A DNA stretch of 64,000 nucleotides from Candidatus Eiseniibacteriota bacterium (GCA_942491735.1 CALOCN010000014.1:3215573-3279572), one strand, 5' to 3'; counted from the stretch's first letter, positions 35,401 to 45,902 are shown. Numbers and translations are program-made. The notes: generated by a model from the sequence alone, not told the origin.

Positions 35401-38220
35401 TTGATCCAGAAGACGCACACCCTGACCGTCGACGGACGGGAGGTCGGCTACTCACCGGGGGAAACCGTGCTCGAGGTCGCCCAGCGACTCGGGGTTTCCA
35501 TTCCCACCCTGTGCCACGACCCCCGACTGGACCCGGCCGGCGCCTGCCGAACCTGCCTGGTCGAGATCGAGGGGCAACGCCGTCTCGCCCCCTCCTGCGC
35601 GACCCCGGCGGCCCCCGGGATGGTGGTGACCTGCGAGAACGAGCGGATCGATCGGCATCGCAGGACCCTCCTTTCCCTGTACCTCAGCGACCACGGGACC
35701 GACGAGCCCTTGCGGCGGGGGCCCAACGAACTCATCGAGATGGCCGAGCGCTACGACGCAGACCCCCGGTGGGGCCACATGCCGACCGTTCGCGCCGCAC
35801 GTCACGGGGATACCAATCCCTACATCGATTTCGATCCCGAGACCTGTATCGCCTGCGCACGCTGCACGCGGTACTGCGACGAGGTGGAGGCGGTCAACGC
35901 GATCACCCTGGCCGGGCGGGGTTCCGGGACCACCATCGCCACCGTGGACTCGCTCTCGCTGCTCGACACCACCTGCGAGATGTGCGGCGGGTGCATCGAT
36001 GTCTGTCCCACCGGGGCCATGGCGGAAAAGCAGCCCTTGACCCGCACCCAGAAACCGGAACACGAACTGACCAAGGTGCGCAGTACCTGCAACTTCTGCG
36101 GGGTGGGCTGCCAACTGGATCTCAACGTGGATGCAAAGGCCGACGGCGGCCGGGGTCGGGTGGTCAAGGTGACCAGCCCCCCGCCCGGCAGCACCACCAA
36201 CGACGGCAACCTCTGCGTGAAGGGGCGTTTCGCCTACGACTTCATCCATCACGAGGATCGGCTGACCCGCCCCCTCATCCGGGGCGCGGACGGCGCTCTC
36301 CACGAGTCCGACTGGGAAACCGCGCTCGCCGCGGCGGCCAAGGGACTGCAGGGGGTCCGGGATCGCCACGGCGCGGATGCCCTGGGCTTTGTCAGCTCCT
36401 CCCGCTGCACCATGGAGGAGAACTACCTGGTGCAGAAGCTCTCCCGCGCGGTGTTCGGAACGAACAACGTGCACCAATGCGCCGCCACCTGACACGCCCC
36501 CACCGTGGCCGGTCTGGTCGCAACGTTCGGGGCGGGAGCCATGACGAACTCCATCGGGGAAATCCGCGACGCGGACTTCCTCTTCGTGATCGGAAGCAAC
36601 ACCAGCGAGGCCCATCCCATCATCGCCATGGAGATGAAACAGGCGGTTCGCAGGGGGGCCACCCTGGTCGTGGCCGACCCGCGCGCGATCTGGATGACCA
36701 CCCTGGCCGAGAAGCACCTGCAGATGGTGCCCGGAACCGACGTCTGGCTCCTCAACGCCATGGCCAACGTGATCGTCACCGAGAACCTGGTCGATCGGGC
36801 CTTCATCGAGGAACACACCGAGAGCTTCGAGTCGGTACGGGACACCGTGCTCCGGTACACGCCGGAGGAAGCGGAACGGGTGACCGGGGTTCCGGCCGAG
36901 GACATCCGTTGGACCGCGCGCCGCTACGCGGGGACGGAGAAGGCGGGGATCTACTACACCCTCGGCATCACCGAGCACTCCCACGGCACCGACAACGTCT
37001 ACGCCCTGGCCAACCTGGTCCTCATGACCGGACACCTGGGAAAGCCCTCGGCGGGCATGAACCCCCTGCGCGGGCAGAACAACGTCCAGGGGGCCAACGA
37101 CGCCGGGGCCACCCCGGTCTTCCTGCCCGGATACCAGCGGGTGGACGACTCCGAGGTCCACGCGAAGTACGAAGCGGCCTGGGGGTGCAGCTTCCCGAGC
37201 GAGGTGGGACTGAACCTCAACGAGATGATCAAAGCGGTGGGGAAACAGATCAAGGGGATCTTTGTCATGGGCGAGGATATTGTCCTATCCGAACCCAACG
37301 TGATGAAGCTCGAGGAAGGCCTCAACCACAACGAATTCCTGGTCATCCAGGAGCCGTTCCTCAACGAGACCGCGCGTTTCGCCGACGTGGTGTTCCCCTC
37401 CACGGTGTTCGCGGAAAAGGATGGGACCTTCACCAACTCGGAGCGCCGGGTGCAGCGGGTACGCAAGGCGGTCCAGCCTCCCGGCGAGGCGCGGGCCGAC
37501 TGGGAGATCCTGGTCGCCCTGGCCAACGCCTGCGGCGCCGACTGGCACTACGACGGCACCGCCGCCATCTACGATGAACTGGTGCGTCACGCCCCCAAGT
37601 TCGCCGGGATCAGCCACGCCCGCCTGGACACCGAGACCCACGACGGCAAGACGGGGCTCCAGTGGCCGTGCCCCGATCCCACCCACCCCGGGACCCCGTA
37701 TCTCCATGAGGGGGGGGTGCTGCGCGGCAAGGGGCTCTTCCAGGCGGTGGAGTACCGGCCCAGCGCGGAGCGGCCGGACGCGGAGTACGGCCTGTTCCTC
37801 TCCACCGGTCGCACCCTGTACCACTACAACGCGGCGACCCAGACCCGGCGGGAGACCGGACTCCACACCAAACAACCCGAATCGTTCGTGGAAATCCACC
37901 CCCGGGACGCCCGCCAGCGGGGGGTGAGCGACGGCGACCTGGTCGACCTGTCGACCCGTCGGGGCACCATCCGCGTACGGGCCATCCTCTCCCGGCAGGT
38001 GCGTCCGGGATGTGTCTGGACCCCGCTCCACTTCGCCGAGGCCCGGGCCAACCTGGTCACCAACGATGCCGGCGATCCGGTTACCGGCACCGCGGAGTAC
38101 AAGGTCTGTGCCGCGGAGGTGACCCGGGTGGAATCGGGCGGGGAATCCGCCCGGTTCCCCGGTAGCTACTACCGGGTGGACGGCCCGGGGTCTACGTCTG
38201 GACGGCCGGACCCGCGGTGA
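35401..38220 (+). CDS. fdhA: formate dehydrogenase alpha subunit, selenocysteine-containing (UGA at 36490-36492 read through)
   Basis: Track ORFs 35401-36492 and 36505-38220 are in the same frame and are separated only by TGA. N-terminal 2Fe-2S and 4Fe-4S ferredoxin domains (NuoG-like). The junction reads NNVHQCAAT-U-HAPTVAGLVATFGAGAMTNS, collinear with the E. coli FdhF active site CARV-U-HGPSVAGL. A molybdopterin-oxidoreductase body follows. TTG start. Confidence 0.85.
36495..36534 (+). promoter_or_regulatory. SECIS-like recoding hairpin
   Basis: Inner stem GUGGCC (36505-36510) pairs with GGUCGC (36516-36521), including G-U pairs, and the apical loop is GGUCU. Outer stem is CGCCCC (36495-36500) with GGGGCG (36529-36534). 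The apical loop lies about 19-23 nt after the UGA, as in E. coli fdhF, whose loop is GGUC. Confidence 0.6.
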
Positions 38221-39781
38221 CCAGTTCGGCCGGCACGGCTTCGCGCGCCTGCTCCGACTGGGTGCTCTTGAGGTAGGCATTGGGATCGTGCTCGAGGCCA
38301 CCCTCGGGCACGTACTGCCACATGTCTCCCAGATCCTTCTTGATGAGGCGGACGTAGAAGTCCGGGATCTCGGTGGTTTCCTGATAGAAGAACCGTCGCA
38401 TCTGGGGATCGGTGTCCAGCCGGCGGCGGACTTCGGTGTGGTACTTGCGCCGTCCCCAACCCTCGCTCGAAACGGCCCGGACCACGTTCATCCAGGAAGG
38501 AATCGCTCCCTCGTTGGCGCGGAACCGCTCGCCGATCCGTGGCAAGGAGAATGAATGACGGACCAGATCGATGAGGTTGTCGTAGAACTGCTCCCAGGTG
38601 TAGTTGCGCGGTCGCACGTTCATGGCCTGGTTGTTGTCCAGGAGATGGAACGGGAAGGGCAGCACCCGGCCATCCCGCTGGTAGCTGAGGTTCAGCTCGG
38701 CCGCCTGGCCAAAGGCCGAGAGCAGGGAGTATCCGGGGAAAGCGCCCGGCGCGAGGCGGAGGAACTCCTTGGTGAGCTCGAACGGCTCGGTCCCCTCGTC
38801 GCAGTCCAGCCCCAGCACGAAGTTGGTCTGGACGTACGGGATGTACTCCATGATCTGGTTGATGTGGGCCGCGACCGCCTTGACCTTGTCCATCCCCTGG
38901 GCGGTACGGGTCTTGGACTTGTTGCCGAGGTCGTACCAGGACTCGATACCGGGAAGGATGGCCTTGAACCCGTTCTTCTTGAGACGCTTGAGCCGGTCCT
39001 CGGCGAGGAGGGCCAGACTGCTTTCGGCGATGAAGTCGATGGAGTCCGGCGGCACCACTTCCTCGATGGCATCGAGGTAGTCGTTGAAACGCACGCCGAA
39101 ATTGGGGTCGTGCCAACCCACCCGGGGACGCTTGTAGATGGTCTGGAGGAAGGTGAGATCCTCCTTGAGCGTCTCGAAGCTGAGCGGCTGGTAGGGCACG
39201 TCGGCATCGATGCAGAAGCTGCAGGTGTACGGACATCCCAGGCTGCCGATCATGGGCACGATCTTGAGGATCGGCGCCTTGGCCATGGTGGGCTCGATGA
39301 ACTTCCACCGCTGCTTCACCCCGGGCAGCTCGCTGGGCTGGCCGGCGGCGGCCACGTGGACGCCATAGGGGCGATGCTGGGCGCACTCGTTCAGGATCCC
39401 CCGGATGGTGTCCTTGTTGGCAAAACCGGTGACGTAGTCGAAATACTTGCGGGCATCCTCGGGATAGCAACGGGCGTGCGGTCCACCGAGGACGGTCACC
39501 GCCCCCTGCTTGCGGAAGAGGTTGCTCAACGCGTAGGAGAGGAGCGCCGACTGGGTGAACCCCCCGATGAAGACGATGTCGAGGTCCCTGGGCAGCTCGT
39601 CCATGAGGGACTCGAGCCCCGTGAAGCAGGCGAACGTGACCGTGTGCCCTTCCTCCTCGCACCAGGTCGCCACGATCTGGGGCATGATACTGGCGAGGTT
39701 CGCGTGCATGACGCGTGCGTAGAGAGCCTTTGTCGGGGCCTTCGTGGCCAAGTCGATCACGCCGACCCTTAGCTTTTTCAA
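38192..39781 (-). CDS. B12-binding-domain radical SAM enzyme
   Basis: I chose TTG at 39781 (MKKLRVGVIDL...) with GAGG 6 nt upstream. N-terminal Rossmann-like (cobalamin-binding-type) domain. Radical SAM cluster motif CPYTCSFC (CxxxCxxC). The upstream 89 aa of the track ORF are unlikely to be coding. Confidence 0.8.
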   Translation of the reverse strand: MKKLRVGVIDLATKAPTKALYARVMHANLASIMPQIVATWCEEEGHTVTFACFTGLESLMDELPRDLDIVFIGGFTQSALLSYALSNLFRKQGAVTVLGGPHARCYPEDARKYFDYVTGFANKDTIRGILNECAQHRPYGVHVAAAGQPSELPGVKQRWKFIEPTMAKAPILKIVPMIGSLGCPYTCSFCIDADVPYQPLSFETLKEDLTFLQTIYKRPRVGWHDPNFGVRFNDYLDAIEEVVPPDSIDFIAESSLALLAEDRLKRLKKNGFKAILPGIESWYDLGNKSKTRTAQGMDKVKAVAAHINQIMEYIPYVQTNFVLGLDCDEGTEPFELTKEFLRLAPGAFPGYSLLSAFGQAAELNLSYQRDGRVLPFPFHLLDNNQAMNVRPRNYTWEQFYDNLIDLVRHSFSLPRIGERFRANEGAIPSWMNVVRAVSSEGWGRRKYHTEVRRRLDTDPQMRRFFYQETTEIPDFYVRLIKKDLGDMWQYVPEGGLEHDPNAYLKSTQSEQAREAVPAELVTAGPAVQT

Positions 39782-39995
39782 ATTGAGCCTCAAGAGGAGA
39801 TAGAGAGAAAGTCTGGGACCGCGAGACCTCCTGCGCGAGGATTGACGCATCCCGGTGGAGGGGCCGGTTTTCAACGGTCTCGCACTTGGGCCACTATAGC
39901 AGGGCCCCCGGGACCTGTCATAAATCGTTTCCACCCCCGGTTCTCGCCCACCCGGTGCATAGCCCGCGCTTTCGCGGTGTGATTGAATCCACCCG

Positions 39996-40679
39996 ATGAT
40001 CCACCGAATCCTGGGAAACGACCCGGCCCTGGTTGCCCTGACCTTCACCTATATCTTCGCGGTGACCGGGGTTACCGAACTCCTGCGAAGAGGGTTGTCG
40101 CTCCCCTCTCATGTATCACGCAAGATGGTCCACATGCTGGTTGCGGCGTGGGCCCTTCCTACCGCCCTGTTCTTCCAGGACCCCGGGTGGGCCGCCCTGG
40201 CTCCGGCCGTGTTCATCGGACTCAACGCCCTCTCCTACCGCTTCCGTATCGTGAAGACCTTCGAGGAGGAAGGCGCCGGGTCACCCGGAACCATCTATTT
40301 CGCGGTCTCGTTCACCGCCTTGATCCTGCTGTTCTGGCCCCTCGATAGCGGGCGCGCGGCCTGCGTGGCCGGCATGTTCGCCATGGGTTTCGGGGACGCC
40401 ACGGCCTCGCTGGTGGGCCGGGGGGCGGGGAAGCGTCTCCTGCCCGGCACCCGTGGAACCAAGACCGTGGAAGGAACCGTGGCCATGGCAATGGTCTCCT
40501 TCCTCACCATCGGGGTCGGCACGGTGCCGCTCCTGGGCGGTACGGCCTGGGGGGCGGCCGCGGTGGCCGCCGGGGTGGGCGCGGCGGTGGAGGCGCCGTC
40601 CACCCGGGGGCTCGACAACATCCTTGTCCCCCTGGCCTCGGCCGGTGCTTTCCTGGGGATGCTGCGGCTCAGCGGATGA
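39996..40679 (+). CDS. polyprenol/phytol/dolichol-kinase-like membrane protein (CTP-transferase 1 superfamily)
   Basis: Six or more TM segments. SRKMVHML and the C-terminal KTVEGTVAM motif are typical of the VTE5/SEC59/DGK1 and CdsA-like family. Confidence 0.65.
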   Translation: MIHRILGNDPALVALTFTYIFAVTGVTELLRRGLSLPSHVSRKMVHMLVAAWALPTALFFQDPGWAALAPAVFIGLNALSYRFRIVKTFEEEGAGSPGTIYFAVSFTALILLFWPLDSGRAACVAGMFAMGFGDATASLVGRGAGKRLLPGTRGTKTVEGTVAMAMVSFLTIGVGTVPLLGGTAWGAAAVAAGVGAAVEAPSTRGLDNILVPLASAGAFLGMLRLSG

Positions 40680-40796
40680 GGCGGGAGCCGGTTGAGGTAT
40701 CCTTGGTGGACGTTGCCGGATGCTGGACCTGTCACGGATCCCGCCCGGCTCCGTAGGACCCTCATCCGCGCCCTGCACCCGAACCCCTAGGACCCC

Positions 40797-42074
40797 ATGC
40801 GCCGTCCCCTCGCTTGCCTCCTCCCCCTGATCGTCCTTGCCGCGCCCGGATGGGCATCCGCTGCCGTGCTCACCGTACCCGGGGACCACGCCACCATCGG
40901 GGGCGCCCTGGCCGCAGCGGGAAACGGCGACTCCGTCCTCGTCGCCGCCGGCACCTATGCGCCGTCCACCAACGGCGAGAGCTTTCCCCTGGATCTGGTG
41001 CGGGACATCGCCCTTCTCGGTTCGGGTTCGGACAACTGCATCCTGGATGCCGAGGGTTCCGGCATTGCGGTCCGGCTGAGCCCCCCGTCCGGTGGGCGCA
41101 TCTCGGGGTTCACCGTGACCGGCGGGAGCACCTTCAACGGGGCGGGGATCCATGTCATCCTGGGCTCACCCGAGATCGACGGCAACCTGATCCGGAACAA
41201 CGAAGCGGTCAGCCAGGGCTCGGGGATCTACATCACCAACGGCTCCACCCCGTGGATCCATCACAACGTACTGTGGGAAAACATCGACAGCGACCTGGGC
41301 AGCGGCGGCGATCCCCACGGGATCCAGACCAACGGGGGGGCCGGGATCATCGAGTACAACCTGATCGGGCGCGGGGACTCCAACGGGCTTCTCATCAAGG
41401 CCGGCGACGAGCCGGTGGTGCGGGGCAACATCTTCTACGAGAATGGAACCCCGGCAGTGCGGGGCCGAGGCATCTGCCACTTCGGCGGACCCAACACGGT
41501 CATCGCCCACAACCTGTTCTTCGGGAACTCCATCGCCGCCATCCTGGTCAACAACGGCGAGTTCATCGACCTGAGCGGAGCGGCGGCCAATACGCTGTCC
41601 GCGACCGATTCCATCTACGGCAACCTGGACGGCGACCCCCTGTTCCTGGATGCGAACAACGGAGACTGGAGCCTGACCGTCCCCAGCCCGGCCATCGACT
41701 CCGGGGATCCCACGTCCCCCCTGGATCCGGACGGAACCCAGGCCGACATCGGGCCGTTCTTCTTCGACCAGAGCATCACCGGGGTACCGACCACTCCCTC
41801 CCCCGGCCGGCTCCTCGCCGCCCCCAACCCGTTTCGGCTCCAGACCCAGGTCGTGTTCACCCTGTCCCGTTCGGGACCGGCCGAGGCGGTCATCGTGGAT
41901 GTGCGCGGCCGCCGGGTCCGAACGCTGTGGCAGGCCCCCCTGGCCGCGGGCGAGCACCGTCTGGGGTGGGACGGACGTACGGATGCAGGATCACGGGCTC
42001 CGTCGGGGGTCTATTTCCTGCGTCTGGCCACCCCGGACGAGACCGGGACCGCACGGGTCGTGCTCATTCCCTGA
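40797..42074 (+). CDS. secreted right-handed beta-helix protein with FlgD-Ig/T9SS-type C-terminal domain
   Basis: Signal peptide (LAAPGWASA/AV). Repeated G.I....NN-type parallel beta-helix repeats (GIHVILGSPEIDGNLIRNN, GIYITNGSTPWIHHNVLWEN). C-terminal domain NPFRLQTQVVFTLS...GVYFLRLATPDETGTARVVLIP. Confidence 0.8.
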   Translation: MRRPLACLLPLIVLAAPGWASAAVLTVPGDHATIGGALAAAGNGDSVLVAAGTYAPSTNGESFPLDLVRDIALLGSGSDNCILDAEGSGIAVRLSPPSGGRISGFTVTGGSTFNGAGIHVILGSPEIDGNLIRNNEAVSQGSGIYITNGSTPWIHHNVLWENIDSDLGSGGDPHGIQTNGGAGIIEYNLIGRGDSNGLLIKAGDEPVVRGNIFYENGTPAVRGRGICHFGGPNTVIAHNLFFGNSIAAILVNNGEFIDLSGAAANTLSATDSIYGNLDGDPLFLDANNGDWSLTVPSPAIDSGDPTSPLDPDGTQADIGPFFFDQSITGVPTTPSPGRLLAAPNPFRLQTQVVFTLSRSGPAEAVIVDVRGRRVRTLWQAPLAAGEHRLGWDGRTDAGSRAPSGVYFLRLATPDETGTARVVLIP

Positions 42075-42077
42075 CCC

Positions 42078-42335
42078 CTACTCCGAGGCCTCGAGAAACA
42101 CCTCGCGCACCCGGCGCGCACAGGATCGCCCGTCCGGGGACCGCTCCGGGCACGCGGCGTCCTTGGCCCGACCGGCTTCGATGATGCGCAGGGTCTGTTC
42201 CCGTGAGCCGGCTTGTGCCTCGGCCCGTATGACCCCGACCGGGATCCCGAGACAGCTGCAGATCCACCCGTCGCGGAACTTGGGATAGGCGTGTCCAGGA
42301 GGCGCGTCGAGCTCGCGGACGAAGGCCTTGTTCAT
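42078..42335 (-). CDS. small hypothetical protein
   Basis: 85 aa with an ATG start. It has the strong C/G third-position bias typical of local coding regions and fills the gap between convergent and divergent neighbours. The N-terminus MNKAFVRE resembles that of some GreA/B-like small proteins. I could not assign a family. Confidence 0.45.
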   Translation of the reverse strand: MNKAFVRELDAPPGHAYPKFRDGWICSCLGIPVGVIRAEAQAGSREQTLRIIEAGRAKDAACPERSPDGRSCARRVREVFLEASE

Positions 42336-42372
42336 GACGGTGTTATCCTACGCGCTGCGAAGGAGGAATCCC

Positions 42373-43767
42373 ATGGCCGAGACCCGATCCGGCACCCGAA
42401 CCGAACACGACACCATGGGGCCCGTAGAGGTCCCCAACGACCGTCTGTGGGGCGCACAGACCGAGCGTTCGCGACGGAACTTCCGCATCAGCACCGAGCG
42501 CATGCCCCCGGAGCTGATCCACGCCCTCGCCCAGGTCAAGATCGCCGCGGCCGGGGTCAACAGCGACCTCGAACTGCTGGATCCGCTCAAGGCACGGGCC
42601 ATCATCGTCGCCGCCGAGGAGGTTCTCGACGGGGATCATCCGGACGAGTTTCCGCTCGTGGTGTGGCAGACCGGCAGCGGAACCCAGAGCAACATGAACA
42701 TGAACGAGGTCCTGGCCAATCGGGCCAGCGAGGTCCTGGGAGGCGAGCGGGGCGAAACGCGTCAGGTGCATCCCAACGACGACGTGAACCGGGGCCAATC
42801 GAGCAACGATGTCTTTCCCACCGCGATGAGCGTGGCCGCGGTGACCGCACTCCGGGAACGGGTCATTCCGTCGGTGACCGCGCTGCGGGGCGCCCTGGAC
42901 GACAAGGCCCTCGCCTTCACCGACATCGTCAAGATCGGGCGCACCCATCTGCAGGACGCCACCCCCTTGACCCTGGGGCAGGAGTTCTCCGGCTACGTGG
43001 CCCAACTCACCCACGGCCTGCAGCACCTCGAAGCGACCCTCCCCCATCTCCAGGAACTGGCTCTGGGGGGAACCGCGGTCGGGACCGGGCTCAACGCGCA
43101 CCCCGAGTTCGCGGAGCGAGCCGCGGCCCGCCTCGCCGAACTGACCGGGCACCCCTTCGTGACCGCGCCCAACAAGTTCGAGGCCCTCGCGGCCAACGAC
43201 GCCCTCGTCCAGGCCCATGGCGCGCTGCGCACCCTGGCCGTGTCCCTGACCAAGATCGCCAACGACTTGCGGTGGCTGGCTTCCGGCCCCCGCAGCGGCA
43301 TCGGGGAAATCCAGCTTCCGGCCAACGAGCCGGGGAGCTCGATCATGCCGGGCAAGGTGAACCCGACCCAGTCCGAGGCCATGACCATGCTCTGCGCCCG
43401 GGTTCTGGGCAACGATGCCACGGTGGGTATCGCCGGCGCTTCCGGGAACTTCGAACTGAACGTCTTCAAACCGGTGCTCATCGACGCGTTTCTCCAGAGT
43501 TGCCGGCTCCTGGCCGACGGGTGCGCGAGCCTGCGGGAACACGCCGTCCTGGGCATCGAGCCCAACCGGGCACGGCTGACCGAGAACCTCGAGCGCTCCC
43601 TGATGCTGGTCACCGCGCTCAACCCGCACATCGGCTACGACAACGCGGCCCGTATCGCCAAGAAGGCCCACGCGGACGGCACCACCCTCCGCGAGGCCGC
43701 CCTGGCCCTGGAGCTGGTGAGCGAAGCCGACTTTGATCGCTGGGTACGCCCCGAGAAGATGGTCTAG
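42373..43767 (+). CDS. fumC: class II fumarate hydratase
   Basis: ATG at 42373 preceded by AGGAGG. Signature [17 protein letters not shown]-terminal block [20 protein letters not shown]. Confidence 0.95.
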   Translation: MAETRSGTRTEHDTMGPVEVPNDRLWGAQTERSRRNFRISTERMPPELIHALAQVKIAAAGVNSDLELLDPLKARAIIVAAEEVLDGDHPDEFPLVVWQTGSGTQSNMNMNEVLANRASEVLGGERGETRQVHPNDDVNRGQSSNDVFPTAMSVAAVTALRERVIPSVTALRGALDDKALAFTDIVKIGRTHLQDATPLTLGQEFSGYVAQLTHGLQHLEATLPHLQELALGGTAVGTGLNAHPEFAERAAARLAELTGHPFVTAPNKFEALAANDALVQAHGALRTLAVSLTKIANDLRWLASGPRSGIGEIQLPANEPGSSIMPGKVNPTQSEAMTMLCARVLGNDATVGIAGASGNFELNVFKPVLIDAFLQSCRLLADGCASLREHAVLGIEPNRARLTENLERSLMLVTALNPHIGYDNAARIAKKAHADGTTLREAALALELVSEADFDRWVRPEKMV

Positions 43768-43777
43768 AGGAGGCATC

Positions 43778-44521
43778 ATGACCGACGAACGCGACGAAGC
43801 CCTTTGCACTTCGAGCCGCTGGGACTTCAGCGACCTGAAGGCGATGTTCATCAACTGCACGCTCAAGAAGTCCCCTGCCGTCTCGCACACCGAGGGGCTC
43901 ATGCGCCGGTCCATGTCCATCATGGAGAAGAACGGGGTGTCGGTGGATCACCTGCGTCTGGTGGATCATGACGTCGCGTTCGGGGTGTACCCGGACATGA
44001 CCGAGCACGGCTGGGAAACCGATGCCTGGCCGGCCATCGCCAAACGGGTGTTCGACGCGGACATCCTGGTCGTGGGCGCGTCCATCTGGCTCGGGGAGAA
44101 GTCCTCGGTGTCCACCCTGCTCGTGGAGCGGCTGTACTCCATGTCGGGGCAGCTCAACGAACAGGGGCAGTACGCCTACTACGGCCGGGTGGGCGGGTGC
44201 CTCATTACCGGCAACGAGGACGGGGTCAAGCACTGCTCCATGAGCCTGCTCTACGGCCTGCAGCACATCGGCTACACCATCCCTCCCCAGGCGGACGCGG
44301 GATGGATCGGCGAAGCCGGCCCGGGGCCGTCCTACCTGGACCCGGGTTCCGGCGGCCCGGAGAACGATTTCGTCAACCGCAACACGACCTTCATGACCTG
44401 GAACCTGCTCCACTTCGCGCGCATGCTCAAGGACGCCGGCGGCATTCCCGCCCATGGGAACCAGCGTTCCGGGTGGGATGCCGGTTGTCGGTTCGACTAT
44501 CCCAATCCCGAGCACCGCTGA
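43778..44521 (+). CDS. flavodoxin-like fold NAD(P)H-dependent FMN reductase family protein
   Basis: ATG at 43778 preceded by GAGGAGG. Motifs INCTLKKSP..SHT and DILVVGASIWLGEKSS, as in NADPH-dependent FMN reductase/multimeric flavodoxin proteins. Confidence 0.65.
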   Translation: MTDERDEALCTSSRWDFSDLKAMFINCTLKKSPAVSHTEGLMRRSMSIMEKNGVSVDHLRLVDHDVAFGVYPDMTEHGWETDAWPAIAKRVFDADILVVGASIWLGEKSSVSTLLVERLYSMSGQLNEQGQYAYYGRVGGCLITGNEDGVKHCSMSLLYGLQHIGYTIPPQADAGWIGEAGPGPSYLDPGSGGPENDFVNRNTTFMTWNLLHFARMLKDAGGIPAHGNQRSGWDAGCRFDYPNPEHR

Positions 44522-44537
44522 CCCGCGGGGGCGGGGC

Positions 44538-45902
44538 TCAGGGAAGCACGACGATCCGGGTGGTGCGAACCCGACCGGCGGCGTGCACACGAAGCAGGTA
44601 GAGACCGGCGGGGGCGAAGGTCCCGCTGCCCAGACGGCCGTCCCAGTGGAGACCCTGCGCCGGGGAGGCCGCCCACTGCTTCACCGAACGCCCCGAGACA
44701 TCGAACAGGGTGGCGACCACCCCCTCGGCCCCCCCGGTCGAGATCCGCACCGGTTCCCCGACGCGGGCCGGGTTGGGCCGTACGCGCAGCGGCATGACCG
44801 GATCCGGGTAGCGGACGTGGCGCGGGCCGAACCGCTCCCGACTTCCGTCCCGCGCCGTGGCCTCGAGCCAGTAGGCATAGTCCTGGCCGGCGACCCCGCC
44901 GCCGTCCACCACACGATAGGCCTCGCCTGGACGAACCAGGGCCCGGGTGATGCGCCGCATACCCCCCGCCCCGTCACGCCACACATGGAATCCCGCGTGG
45001 TCCGATTCCGCCGTCGTGCTCCAGATGAGCCGGACCGCCCCCGGCACCGCGTGCGCTTCGAACGCGGCCAGGCGAACCGGAACCTGGGGAAAGTAGGCCC
45101 GGTGGACCAGGGTGGGATCGATGACGAACGGGTTGGGCTTGTCGTCCTGGTACGGGGCAATCGCGCAGGTCCGAGTGTACTCCGCGTCCGAAACCGGATC
45201 CGCGAGGTGCCAGGCCCACAGGACATCCTTCTGGATGTCGAAGAACGCGGCGTCGGCGGATTGCGCTTCTCCCCGGTAGACCGTCCAGATGTAGAACATG
45301 GCCCGGGCCACGTCCCCCTTGCGCTCCTCCCGCGGTTCCCATCGCCCGGTGTAGGACGGGCTGGGGTGGGTCTGGTCCAGCTCGCTGTAGAGGTCGATCG
45401 ACTCCAGGTCCGGAGCGGATTCCTTCCGGGCCAGCAGATACCACCAGTCGGTGACCTCGTCCGGGATTTCGTCGAACGGGTGGGCCGCTCGGTCGTTGTT
45501 GGCCCGGATTTCGGTGGGAAAGAGATGGTGGAGATCCGCCTCGGCGGGGAGCGACCCGGTTCCCTTGCTGCGGGGCCAGACATGCTCCGTGTTCACTCCC
45601 TGTTCGAACGCGTCCGACCGGGGCGAGGTCGACTCCGGGTCCACGAGGACGGCAAAACCGGTGTAGAGCCCACGAACCGTGCCGGCCTCATTGTCGAGCT
45701 CGGTGAACATGACGTCCCGCGCCCCGGCATAGGAGAGCCCCACCGGGGGCCGGTAGGTGGTCCGGAGACTGGCCTGGAGGGCCGTCCCCTCCTGCCCCGG
45801 AAAAATCACCGTCCCGGGGTCCGGGCACTGGGCGAAGCCATCCCCGGGGAAAGGCACGAGAAGGAGACAGGCAAGCAACTGGGCAACTGACGGTCGGAGC
45901 AC
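44538..45902 (-). CDS. secreted endonuclease I-family nuclease with FlgD-Ig/T9SS-type C-terminal domain
   Basis: GTG start and a signal peptide. Endonuclease_1-type motifs NTEHVWPRS, DLHHLFPTEIRANNDR, RKGDVARAMFY and NPFV. C-terminal domain PNPARVGEPVRIS...GLYLLRVHAAGRVRTTRIVVLP. Confidence 0.8.
   Translation of the reverse strand: MLRPSVAQLLACLLLVPFPGDGFAQCPDPGTVIFPGQEGTALQASLRTTYRPPVGLSYAGARDVMFTELDNEAGTVRGLYTGFAVLVDPESTSPRSDAFEQGVNTEHVWPRSKGTGSLPAEADLHHLFPTEIRANNDRAAHPFDEIPDEVTDWWYLLARKESAPDLESIDLYSELDQTHPSPSYTGRWEPREERKGDVARAMFYIWTVYRGEAQSADAAFFDIQKDVLWAWHLADPVSDAEYTRTCAIAPYQDDKPNPFVIDPTLVHRAYFPQVPVRLAAFEAHAVPGAVRLIWSTTAESDHAGFHVWRDGAGGMRRITRALVRPGEAYRVVDGGGVAGQDYAYWLEATARDGSRERFGPRHVRYPDPVMPLRVRPNPARVGEPVRISTGGAEGVVATLFDVSGRSVKQWAASPAQGLHWDGRLGSGTFAPAGLYLLRVHAAGRVRTTRIVVLP

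Noticed and set aside
31455-35420. 1321-aa minus-strand ORF, the longest in the track
   Set aside because: It runs antisense to two genes with clear family motifs, the alpha/beta hydrolase (GHSMGG) and the NuoE/NuoF-like FDH beta subunit. Its translation is Arg/Gly/Pro/Val-rich with no recognisable domain. This is typical of a GC-rich antisense artefact.
36505-38220. GTG-initiated 571-aa ORF treated as a separate molybdopterin oxidoreductase gene
   Set aside because: It is in frame with 35401-36492 and separated from it only by TGA at the catalytic Sec/Cys position, with a SECIS-like hairpin downstream. A single selenoprotein gene explains the data better.
39782-39995. Possible cobalamin riboswitch upstream of the B12-binding radical SAM gene
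   Set aside because: I could not find a convincing B12-box or the conserved stems by eye. The region looks like an ordinary divergent promoter region. A covariance-model scan (Rfam RF00174) would settle the question.
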